Counted from the stretch's first letter, positions 9,801-17,073 are shown. The stretch: DNA of 24,000 nucleotides from an uncultured Candidatus Melainabacteria bacterium (GCA_934699705.1 CAKUXD010000012.1:22683-46682); one strand, 5' to 3'. Numbers and translations: made by a program. The notes: generated by a model from the letters alone, not told the origin.

Positions 9801-10907
9801 ATTTTTAGTATCTTTTTTGTCTGCTTCGGAAACTAATCTGCTATCATAAATTTGAACAAAAGTAGGCTTTTTAGCGTTGTAATCAGGGTTTTTAGATGTT
9901 TTAATTTGTCCATCTGTACCTTGTTCATATTTATAAGGTGAGTTTACAATCTTATGTTCAACATAATCTTTGTTCTTAGCAAAAATACCCATTGATAATG
10001 GTCCAGATTGAAGGCCACTAGCTCTAAACCAGTTATAAAATGGTGATTTTTCGCCCCACTTTAACATGTGTTTGAAATGAATACCTTCTAAACCTTCGTT
10101 TACAAACGCACCGTCTGAAACAAAGTTTATACCATTTTTAAATAATTTCTTTTGTAAAGATGCATAATTGTCGATGTTTCCGATAGAATTTGACATTTGC
10201 ATACAGTTTTTATTCCAATAACTGTGAGAAGATAAGCTGTCATCTGTAAATATTGGAGTAGAAACAATTCTTGTATAGCCAGCTTTTTTTAATTTATCAA
10301 CATTAGCCTCAATACCAGCCAATGTTCCGCCCATTTTATTTGAAAAAGTTCTTGTCGCATATTTAGCTTTCTCTTGAATATTCTTGTTTAAAGCTGGTTT
10401 GCCTTTTTCATCATAAACCCAGCCTACTGCGTAAGAATCAGGAATTGCAAGCGTCATAGAACCACCTTTTGAAACCTGTGTTCCGTCTTGCATTACAAGG
10501 TTAAATTTATCAAAGTTACCATTCTTCGAATAGTCAATCACAGAGCCTGCGTCAACCTGATAGAAAGATTTTGAGTTATCACGTTTATCAACTAATTTAT
10601 AGCGATATGCAAAAGGTTCTTTATTGCTTAATTCATCATAAGCATAACCCATATCAATCTTAACTCCGCTATTGTTAAGTTTTACTGACTTTACTCCTAA
10701 ATCAGTATTTGTAAGCATTTTGTTTACATTATAATTCGCGTTTTTGTCTTTCTTTACGCTAAAAACTTCCAAATAACAGTCATATTTATTACTGTCATGT
10801 GGAAAATTAAATTCAAATTCGCTTGCTCCTGTTTCGGACTTCTTATGGTTAAATCCAGTAAAATTCGGGGTTTTAACTGGGGATAATAAATTTAAATTGA
10901 TTTTCAT
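6837..10907 (-). CDS. Very large (1356 aa) GH13 alpha-amylase-like protein, apparently without signal peptide
   Basis: GH13-type regions: LDWRIDAAKDIADM (region II nucleophile), NAYMVAEVTDE (region III acid), SYTFVGNHDKPR (region IV), GNPTMYAGDELGMTG; a CBM48-like N-terminal part is possible. Region I is degenerate (INFVSDGAFVNEG). Confidence 0.8.
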   Translation of the reverse strand: MKINLNLLSPVKTPNFTGFNHKKSETGASEFEFNFPHDSNKYDCYLEVFSVKKDKNANYNVNKMLTNTDLGVKSVKLNNSGVKIDMGYAYDELSNKEPFAYRYKLVDKRDNSKSFYQVDAGSVIDYSKNGNFDKFNLVMQDGTQVSKGGSMTLAIPDSYAVGWVYDEKGKPALNKNIQEKAKYATRTFSNKMGGTLAGIEANVDKLKKAGYTRIVSTPIFTDDSLSSHSYWNKNCMQMSNSIGNIDNYASLQKKLFKNGINFVSDGAFVNEGLEGIHFKHMLKWGEKSPFYNWFRASGLQSGPLSMGIFAKNKDYVEHKIVNSPYKYEQGTDGQIKTSKNPDYNAKKPTFVQIYDSRLVSEADKKDTKNLIKSYDKLDTGNTYDINNHNDTVVPYSFEINPETYNKNVKNLNAYNKNADKKIMLDQPLAAKFLTQSESYVLEDKFENGFETWDANTDIAKLNFVFSHADTKRLENLPRHEREYQTQLIKAKNFEAQDYVVNSGKYWTRKTNDILNEYVAQELKNVSSDPKKAMAQIQALTQKGELPANNDINENIVKNVIKGDYESKTTKLTDNYKELTLQSIMSLPLDSIEFADDTSAVLSSSFITNRATKADQIGMSRYEMFKAGNPQVTAENKDIYKKADTLFTEDLFRFTNDVMQKVNKNLGGKLFDGDKVSKLGKYVLPLVNQDIAKFALVKAVAPNSQAKMNEDGTVSYDYNKLKEETTLASMNILADSPEDEANLVIKRLKSGIKNISLKDKDAITSAVTKRLEGLNENSFALAEMIVDRNNAGLDWRIDAAKDIADMDALRNGNANFKDEWSSVIDFWRNFSKGVIGENKNAYMVAEVTDEFALHDNSGKFSTAKDAVMKLHQEAGMTSIANYSYFFTDVANIFNKDITTGVTLDANGRERKIFDKMVGSDNYLNSAPLDSILYSYTFVGNHDKPRMLHCLSLDMELFHTNFADNYNHKKIATAILKDKMYNQVTDADINSIDFNKVSNKAIAMADAVKGGFGKALGQVFYGQKKDEAFSAISKSIADLASGKYMDKEFSADAFGTKPFDTTIKYVIKQAEAKHGLNISKEEKSKLFNATFETILKPSMTKFQAMMGFLVSLPGNPTMYAGDELGMTGYEEKAKNVYIQNRNAVRWDWLNDKNKQFVQDFYNKMNETMALRDRPELKALNDGAPFTLDLHKDVQTGKPVSAILRQSADGAMAVTLFNANNVNLDKEAEYHPTHVKLDSISLHTTNNDKVGLRGGLKVGTTFKNADNRDKSLYKVCEDKGNYFIKRFNNEEDYRYVMSTGKYRDDNRVDMYDSTLILYSVPEKTEKTRVMYNPQYNFATNPYKTVSKAETGSKLELLAK

Positions 10908-11097
10908 TTTCTACCTTTACACACTATATAGTTATTTATTTTAATGCTTATGAATATTTTTTTTGCGCGTCATGCCTAATTTTGTTACAAAAATTTTACA
11001 TGAATTTTTTCTATTATTTTTAGAGTTTTGTAAAAAACTAGCCATTAAATCGAAAACATGCGAAAATGTCATTGTTAATGTACGTGGAGGATTTATT

Positions 11098-11874
11098 TTG
11101 AATTTTACGGCAATTTTTGCTTTATTTTTTGGAATTATATTAGTATTTTTAAGTCAAAAATCTGATGGAGGCTCTTTAAGTTTACTTATTCAGCCCGTTG
11201 CGTTTTGCATTGTTATTGGAGGTAGCTTTTGCGCGGTTTTATTAAACTTTAATTTACATACATTAATAAATTCTTTAAAAAGCGTAACTTCTGTTTTTGT
11301 AAAAACTCCAGATAATTCTTCAAAGGTTTTAAGTGAAATTATTCAAATAGCATATTTCGCCCGTAGAAACGGACTTTTTGCTTTGCAAGAAGTGCTTTCA
11401 AATATCTCTGAACCTTTTTTAGCAAGAGGGTTACAATTGGCAATTGACGTGAATAATCCTTCTTTGGTGTATGATATTTTATCAGCAGAAATTTCTTATG
11501 AGGAAGAAGAAGAATTAATTTCTTCGCGCGTATTTGAGGCTCTTGGTGGTTATGCACCTACTTTTGGTGTTGTTGGTGCTGTAATGGGGCTTATTAGAGT
11601 AATGCAGGATATTAGAAATTTGGATATTGTTGGTGTTGGTATTGCAACGGCTTTTGTTGCAACGCTTTACGGGGTAGGTTTTGCAAATTTAATATTTTTA
11701 CCAATTGCAGGAAATTTAAAACAAAAAACGAGAGAAAAAATCTTGCTGAAAGAAATAGTTTTGCAAGGTATTATTTCTATTCAAATGCAGGAAAATCCTG
11801 CTGTTATAGAGGAAAAATTAATCGCTTATTTGAAATTTCATAATAAATCAACTCGTATGGAGGTTGGTGCTTAG
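11098..11874 (+). CDS. motA: Flagellar motor stator protein MotA
   Basis: ORF track begins at 10963, but a strong RBS (GGAGG at 11086-11090) precedes an in-frame TTG at 11098 giving MNFTAIFALFFGIILVFLSQKSDGG...; GGYAPTFGVVGAVMGLIRVMQDI...GIATAFVATLYGVGFANLIFLPIA is MotA/ExbB-type. Confidence 0.87.
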   Translation: MNFTAIFALFFGIILVFLSQKSDGGSLSLLIQPVAFCIVIGGSFCAVLLNFNLHTLINSLKSVTSVFVKTPDNSSKVLSEIIQIAYFARRNGLFALQEVLSNISEPFLARGLQLAIDVNNPSLVYDILSAEISYEEEEELISSRVFEALGGYAPTFGVVGAVMGLIRVMQDIRNLDIVGVGIATAFVATLYGVGFANLIFLPIAGNLKQKTREKILLKEIVLQGIISIQMQENPAVIEEKLIAYLKFHNKSTRMEVGA

Positions 11875-12509
11875 TGCGAAACGATTATTATTCAAATTCA
11901 AAAGACTATATTAATAGATGGGTGGTTTCTTATGCAGATTTAGTAACCATGCTTTTGGCTTTGTTCATGGTTTTGTTTGCAGTATCGCAAAATGTTACGA
12001 AATATCAAGCAAAAATGATTGCCGAACATCGTATTCAAATCCCTGTTGAGTCGCCAATGGTGCAAATTGAGGGCTTAGAAGAATTAAAAGAACTTTTTGA
12101 TGAAAATATTTCGCAATCTGAGAATATAAAATACTTAAAAGATAGCAGAGGACTGATTATTAGGCTAAATAATTCGGTGCTTTTTGATGAAGGTTCTGCT
12201 ATAATTAAAAAAGATGCATTGAAAACAGTTGATGAAATTATAGATACAATTTCAAAAGTTGATAACAATGTTATGGTAGAAGGTCATACGGATTCAACTC
12301 CGATAAGCAATGAAAAATATCCTTCAAATTGGGAGTTATCAACTGCCAGAGCAACAAATATTATTGCATATATGCTTTCTACTAAGAAAATTCAACCGAA
12401 TAGACTTTCTGCTGTTGGTTATGGAGAATTTATGCCAATTGCAGATAATACATCAATTGGTGGAAGATTATTAAACCGCAGAGTTGATATAATTATTTTG
12501 AAAAAGTAA
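11874..12509 (+). CDS. motB: Flagellar motor protein MotB (plug/TM plus OmpA-like domain)
   Basis: RWVVSYADLVTMLLALFMVLFAVS; OmpA-like VEGHTDSTPISNEKYPSNWELSTARATNII...GYGEFMPIADN. GTG start overlaps the motA stop by 1 nt (taGTG). Confidence 0.93.
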   Translation: MRNDYYSNSKDYINRWVVSYADLVTMLLALFMVLFAVSQNVTKYQAKMIAEHRIQIPVESPMVQIEGLEELKELFDENISQSENIKYLKDSRGLIIRLNNSVLFDEGSAIIKKDALKTVDEIIDTISKVDNNVMVEGHTDSTPISNEKYPSNWELSTARATNIIAYMLSTKKIQPNRLSAVGYGEFMPIADNTSIGGRLLNRRVDIIILKK

Positions 12510-12524
12510 TAATTGGAGAATAAT

Positions 12525-13157
12525 ATGGCTAAACCAAATCAAACTAAAGATATGAAACCAAAAGAAAATGACGAATTAGTAAAAGTTCCGATTGATAACA
12601 ATTTGAAATTAGTTTTAATTAACATTATTTCAACAATTTTAATTTGTGTCTTGTTAATTGGAGTTAATTACCTATTGCAAGAAAATCTTTTAAATAAAAA
12701 ATTAAGTGCAATTACAACTTCAGAAAATTCTGATGAGGATAATGTTCCTCAAAATGAAGAAGAAGTTCAAAAAGGTATTATTGTTGACTTAGGAGATTTT
12801 ATTTTAAATCTTAGTGATCCAAGTCAAAAGAAATATTTGAAGGTTAATGTTGCATTAGAGCTTTCAAGAATACCAACTGACCCAGATTTTAGTAAACCAC
12901 AAGAAGAAAAATCTGGCGGTCATGGTTCTTCTGATGACAACGACCCTATGAAGTTAATAGAAGCAGAAATGGCTCAATATAAGCCTGCAATTAGAGATGC
13001 GGTTATTTCGAATTTCTCAAGTAAAACTGCTGATGAAGTCTCAACTACTGCTGGTAAAGAACTTGTAAAAGAACAAATTACAGAAGATGTTAACGCAATA
13101 TTTGCAGGCGAAAGAGAAGTTATCAGAGTAAACTTCGGTCAATTTATTATTCAGTAA
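12525..13157 (+). CDS. fliL: Flagellar basal body-associated protein FliL
   Basis: N-terminal TM LVLINIISTILICVLLIGVNYL, KGIIVDLGDFILNLSD...KYLKVNVALEL...INFGQFIIQ-like end (VIRVNFGQFIIQ). ATG at 12525 is better spaced from the ggag than the TTG at 12513. Confidence 0.87.
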   Translation: MAKPNQTKDMKPKENDELVKVPIDNNLKLVLINIISTILICVLLIGVNYLLQENLLNKKLSAITTSENSDEDNVPQNEEEVQKGIIVDLGDFILNLSDPSQKKYLKVNVALELSRIPTDPDFSKPQEEKSGGHGSSDDNDPMKLIEAEMAQYKPAIRDAVISNFSSKTADEVSTTAGKELVKEQITEDVNAIFAGEREVIRVNFGQFIIQ

Positions 13158-13166
13158 TGAGGTAAA

Positions 13167-14186
13167 ATGTCAGATTATCAACAAAGTTCTAATAATTTAT
13201 ATTCAGGAAATTCCTACAATTCGGGAATTTCCAATTCTGGCAGTAAAAATTCTGATGATGAATACAAAAAAGGGTACAAATTATATAACTTTAGAAGACC
13301 TGATAAATTTTCAAAAGAACATTTAAGAGCGTTACAAGATGTGCATAGAGAATTTTCAAGACAATTATCTCTTGTCTTGACTGCTTATTTGCGTATGCGT
13401 ATTGAAATTGAAGTTGTTTCCACAGACCAACTTACGTATGATGAATTTATACGTTCGATGCCATCACCTATGACTATTGGTATTTTTGAGTTAAATCCAC
13501 TTCCTGGGCAAATTTTACTTGGTATAAGTTTTGAAATTCTATCTTGTATTGTAGACCGTATGCTAGGTGGTTTGGGTTTAAGCGAATATAAACAAAGAGA
13601 ATTAACAGATATTGAAGAAGCTCTTGCTAAAAAAGTTATTGAGCGTATTGTTAAGAATTTGGAAAGTTCTTGGAGTAACATTATTCCAGTTCAAGGTAAT
13701 GTTGTAGGCTTGGATAATAATTATCAAATGGTTCAAGTTGCATCAACAGGTGAAATTGTGGCATTGATTACCTTTGAAATTCAGGTTGCAGGTAAATACT
13801 TTGGTTTAATGTCCTTGTGTTTCCCATATCCAGTTTTGGAAACAGTTTTGGCAAATTTATCTACTCAACATATTTTCCAAACAAAAGGTATTATCGCAAC
13901 GACTGAAGAACGTCAAAAAATGATTCAAAAATTAAACACTTCAAACGTTGATTTGAGCGTAATTTTAGGAACTACCGATATTTTACTTGAGGAATTTTTG
14001 GATTTAAAAGAAGGCGATATTATTAAACTTGATACAAAAACGACTGATGATTTGATTGTAAAAGTAAACGGTGAAAAGAAATATTTTGCTCGCCCAGGTA
14101 CAGTAGAAGAAAATGTAAGCGTTAAAATTACTGAGGTTTACGACCATCAACAAGATTTATTAAAACACTATTATGATAAAAAATAA
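13167..14186 (+). CDS. fliM: Flagellar motor switch protein FliM
   Basis: HREFSRQLSLVLTAYLRMRIEIEVVS, YDEFIRSMPSPMTIGIFELNPLPGQILLGISFEI, DRMLGG...LTDIEEALAKKVIERI, C-terminal SPOA-like domain. Confidence 0.95.
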   Translation: MSDYQQSSNNLYSGNSYNSGISNSGSKNSDDEYKKGYKLYNFRRPDKFSKEHLRALQDVHREFSRQLSLVLTAYLRMRIEIEVVSTDQLTYDEFIRSMPSPMTIGIFELNPLPGQILLGISFEILSCIVDRMLGGLGLSEYKQRELTDIEEALAKKVIERIVKNLESSWSNIIPVQGNVVGLDNNYQMVQVASTGEIVALITFEIQVAGKYFGLMSLCFPYPVLETVLANLSTQHIFQTKGIIATTEERQKMIQKLNTSNVDLSVILGTTDILLEEFLDLKEGDIIKLDTKTTDDLIVKVNGEKKYFARPGTVEENVSVKITEVYDHQQDLLKHYYDKK

Positions 14187-14200
14187 GAAAGGATTCATTA

Positions 14201-14773
14201 ATGTTTGAAAATGATGACGATATTGAAAACTTCAATCCATTAGATGATTCAGCTTCTGATTCAGACTTGGATTTTACTGAAAATTTCAAAGATGCTAAGG
14301 AAGAGCAACCTGAAATTATAATGTCTGATGATGACGCAAATGTTAATTCTGATATTGATATGGATAATATTTTTGCGGATATACCTCCAATGCCAGAAGA
14401 AGAAATTCCTCAGGAAGATGATGCACATGTTCCAAGTGGTGATGAAACAGTTACTGTGCAACCTGTAAAATTTCCTTCTTTTGATGATGCTCAAAGCGCT
14501 TCAGGTAATGCGTCTAAAAATTTGGATAACTTGTTAGATATTAAACTTCAATTGACTGTTGAATTAGGTCGAACAACATTACCAGTTAAAAAAGTTCTTG
14601 AACTGACTAGAGGTTCAATTATTGAGTTGGAAAAAATTGCAGGTGAACCTGTTGAACTTTACGCAAATGGAAAATTGATTGCGCATGGCGAAGTTGTTGT
14701 TATTGAAGATAATTTCGGTTTAAGAATTACAAGTATGACAGAGCCAGAAAACAGATTGAACGGTCTTCAATAA
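14201..14773 (+). CDS. fliN: Flagellar motor switch protein FliN with long acidic N-terminal region
   Basis: LDNLLDIKLQLTVELGRTTLPVKKVLELTRGSIIELEKIAGEPVELYANGKLIAHGEVVVIEDNFGLRIT is canonical SPOA/FliN. Confidence 0.95.
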   Translation: MFENDDDIENFNPLDDSASDSDLDFTENFKDAKEEQPEIIMSDDDANVNSDIDMDNIFADIPPMPEEEIPQEDDAHVPSGDETVTVQPVKFPSFDDAQSASGNASKNLDNLLDIKLQLTVELGRTTLPVKKVLELTRGSIIELEKIAGEPVELYANGKLIAHGEVVVIEDNFGLRITSMTEPENRLNGLQ

Positions 14774-14837
14774 AAGTACTTGAAATTAAAATTTGTTTAT
14801 GGCAGAATGAAATAAGAATTTAATAGTGAATTAAAAT

Positions 14838-14911
14838 GGCAAGATAGCTCAGCTGGTGAGAGCGCTCGGCTCATACCCGGGAGGTCCTCGGTTCGATCCC
14901 GAGTCTTGCTA
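14838..14911 (+). tRNA. tRNA-Met (anticodon CAT), elongator-like; CCA not encoded
   Basis: Full cloverleaf: GGCAAGA/TCTTGCT acceptor, GCTC/GAGC D-stem, CTCGG-CTCATAC-CCGGG anticodon arm, CTCGG-TTCGATC-CCGAG T-arm. An Ile2 (lysidine) identity cannot be excluded. Confidence 0.93.
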
Positions 14912-15040
14912 TTTTTGTTGTGAATAGGACCTCACTGGTTGTTTTCACTTCGTTCAACCCCTCTCGTAAAAACAATTATTAATTGTTTTTACTCGGCAGA
15001 GTCCGAGAGGTTCGGTTCGATCCCGAGTCTTGCTATTTTT
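14882..15040 (+). repeat. 159-bp tRNA-distal repeat, unit A (overlaps the tRNA 3' end; ends in a second tRNA-3'-end copy)
   Basis: Matches 15134-15292 at 153/159 positions (offset exactly 252 bp), read directly from the sequence. Confidence 0.95.
15013..15040 (+). repeat. Partial tRNA copy 2: CGGTTCGATCCCGAGTCTTGCTATTTTT
   Basis: Identical 28-mer to 14889-14916 inside and just after the tRNA gene. Confidence 0.95.
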
Positions 15041-15084
15041 TGTTATTTGCTCCCGTGTAATCGCCTCGCGCTGCGCTCGTCTTT

Positions 15085-15123
15085 CTCCATTTTAACTTGA
15101 CATTTAGTCAACTTAAAACGGAG
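15085..15123. repeat. Imperfect inverted repeat between partial tRNA copies 2 and 3
   Basis: CTCCATTTTAACTTGAC atttа-type loop GTCAACTTAAAACGGAG: 15 of 17 pairs, arms 15085-15101 / 15107-15123, 5-nt loop. Confidence 0.85.
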
Positions 15124-15140
15124 TCCTTCCGTTAGGTCCT

Positions 15141-15168
15141 CGGTTCGATCCCGAGTCTTGCTATTTTT
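15141..15168 (+). repeat. Partial tRNA copy 3: CGGTTCGATCCCGAGTCTTGCTATTTTT
   Basis: Identical 28-mer to 14889-14916; upstream AGGTCCT is also shared with the tRNA. Confidence 0.95.
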
Positions 15169-15264
15169 GTTGTGAATAGGACCTCACTGGTTGTTTTCAT
15201 TTTGTTCAAACCCTCTCGTGAAAACAATTATTAATTGTTTTCACTCGGCAGAGTCCGAGAGGTT

Positions 15265-15292
15265 CGGTTCAATCCCGAGTCTTGCTATTTTT
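15265..15292 (+). repeat. Partial tRNA copy 4: CGGTTCAATCCCGAGTCTTGCTATTTTT
   Basis: 27/28 match to 14889-14916. Confidence 0.93.
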
Positions 15293-15399
15293 AGTTTAAT
15301 TTTGTATCTTACTATTAAAGTACATTTGATTTATAAAGGTAATCTGCTTTAACGAGTAGCACATTTTGATTAAAGGACTTCAAAGAGGTAAAAAGAAAA

Positions 15400-15424
15400 G
15401 TTCAAATTCATAATAAATTTAAAC
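15400..15424 (-). terminator. Possible intrinsic terminator for the minus-strand hcp gene
   Basis: On minus strand GTTTAAATT-tattatg-AATTTGAAC (9 bp including one G-U) followed by ttttcttttt. AU-rich, so weak. Confidence 0.45.
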
Positions 15425-15453
15425 CTTCCTTTTTTCTTCTTTTAAAAATAAAC

Positions 15454-16989
15454 CTATCCTAAAATTGCTTTTAAATCCTCTTTTGCAGTTGTAATCGGTT
15501 TTATCTTGAATTTATCAACCAATATATTTAACACATTAGCTGAAACGAATGCAGGTAATGTTGGTCCTAGTCTTATATTTTCAATTCCTAAATATAACAA
15601 CGTTAATAAAACACAAACTGCTTTTTGCTCGTACCAAGATAAAATTAAAGATAATGGTAATTCGTTTACAGAACAATTAAATGCTTTTGATAATTCAACA
15701 GCAACCTTTATTGCAGAATAAGCATCGTTACATTGTCCCATATCTAAAAGTCTAGGGATTCCATTTATTTCGCCTAAATCTAAATCGTTAAATCTATATT
15801 TTCCGCAAGCTAATGTTAAAATAAGTGTGTTTTTCGGTGTTTCTTTTACAAATTCTGTATAATAGTTACGACCTGTTTTTGCTCCATCACAACCACCAAC
15901 TAAGAAAATATGTTTCAATTCACCAGATTTTACTGCATCTATAACTTTATCTGCTACCGATAAAACTGTATTATGGCCAAATCCAACAGTTAATGTATTT
16001 CCTCCATTAATTCCTGTATTTTTTTGTGTTTCCTTGTAACCACCTAATTTCAAGGATTTTTCTATAATGATTGAAAAATCTTTATCTTCGCCGATATGTT
16101 CCATTTCTGGATATCTTACAACTGAGGTTGTAAAGACTCTATCTTTATAACTGTCTTTTACTGGCATAATACAGTTTGTTGTGAATAAAATTGGCGCTGG
16201 AATATTTTCAAATTCTTTTTGTTGATTTTGCCAGGCTGTTCCAAAATTACCTTTCAAATGTGGGTATTTTTTTAATTCTGGGTATGCATGACAAGGTAAC
16301 ATTTCTCCATGTGTATAAATATTTATTCCTTTATCTTTTGTCTGTTCTAGTAACAAAGCTAAATCATGTAAGTCATGTCCTGTTATAACAATAAAAGGTC
16401 CTGCTTCAATTTCTGTTGAAACTTTTGTTGGTACAGGATTTCCATAAGTTTCAGTGTTAGCTTTATCTAAAAGCTCCATACATTTCAAATTAATTTCACC
16501 TGTTTTTAAAACAAGTTGTAAAAGTTCGTCTGTTGATAAATCTTTTGAAATACCTTGCAAGGCTTCAAAAAAGAATTTATCTACTATTTCATCTGTATAA
16601 TTCAAAGCCCTTGCGTGATGAGCATAAGCAGCAGTACCTTTTAAACCAAATAAAATTAATGATTTTAAGCTTCTGATATCTTCATTACATTCCCATACTT
16701 CTTTAATATCAAAGTGATTTTTACAAGTATTTTTTTCTGATAATTCATTTATCAAATTCTTTATAGACTTATTATCAAAATTTACGTTAGTAATAGTTGT
16801 AAACAATGCGTTTACAATTAATTCTGTATTATCTTTTGAATAATCAACACAATTTGCAAATTCGATAGTTTTATTTGTTAATTCATCTTGAAGATTTGCA
16901 GTATCAAAAGTTTTTCCGCAAACACCTTGTATTGTACAACCTTCACCTTTAGCTGTCTGCTCGCATTGAAAACAAAACATTTTATTCAT
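15454..16989 (-). CDS. hcp: Hybrid cluster protein (hydroxylamine reductase), class I-like
   Basis: FCFQCEQTAKGEGCTIQGVCGK (C-x2-C-x8-C-x5-C), HHARALNY, ITGHDLHDLALLLEQT, HGEMLPCHAYPEL, GNFGTAW, TTNCIMP, VGGCDG. Confidence 0.97.
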   Translation of the reverse strand: MNKMFCFQCEQTAKGEGCTIQGVCGKTFDTANLQDELTNKTIEFANCVDYSKDNTELIVNALFTTITNVNFDNKSIKNLINELSEKNTCKNHFDIKEVWECNEDIRSLKSLILFGLKGTAAYAHHARALNYTDEIVDKFFFEALQGISKDLSTDELLQLVLKTGEINLKCMELLDKANTETYGNPVPTKVSTEIEAGPFIVITGHDLHDLALLLEQTKDKGINIYTHGEMLPCHAYPELKKYPHLKGNFGTAWQNQQKEFENIPAPILFTTNCIMPVKDSYKDRVFTTSVVRYPEMEHIGEDKDFSIIIEKSLKLGGYKETQKNTGINGGNTLTVGFGHNTVLSVADKVIDAVKSGELKHIFLVGGCDGAKTGRNYYTEFVKETPKNTLILTLACGKYRFNDLDLGEINGIPRLLDMGQCNDAYSAIKVAVELSKAFNCSVNELPLSLILSWYEQKAVCVLLTLLYLGIENIRLGPTLPAFVSANVLNILVDKFKIKPITTAKEDLKAILG

Positions 16990-17073
16990 CTTTAATTCTC
17001 CTTTACTTTTACCTATATTTAATTTATATTACTTTAACAAACAAATATGTTGGAAATCCCACAGAAAGGTAAA

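Larger units (their letters stand above)
15134..15292 (+). repeat. 159-bp tRNA-distal repeat, unit B
   Basis: Six substitutions relative to unit A (14948/15200, 14951/15203, 14958/15210, 14968/15220, 14990/15242, 15019/15271), no indels. Confidence 0.95.

Noticed and set aside
14882-15292. Could the repeats be a CRISPR array or a cluster of several full tRNA genes?
   Set aside because: Repeat units are 159 bp (or 28-bp cores about 125 bp apart) and internally structured, spacers are not unique and no cas genes are present. Copies 2-4 lack acceptor 5' strand, D-arm and anticodon arm, so they are not complete tRNAs.
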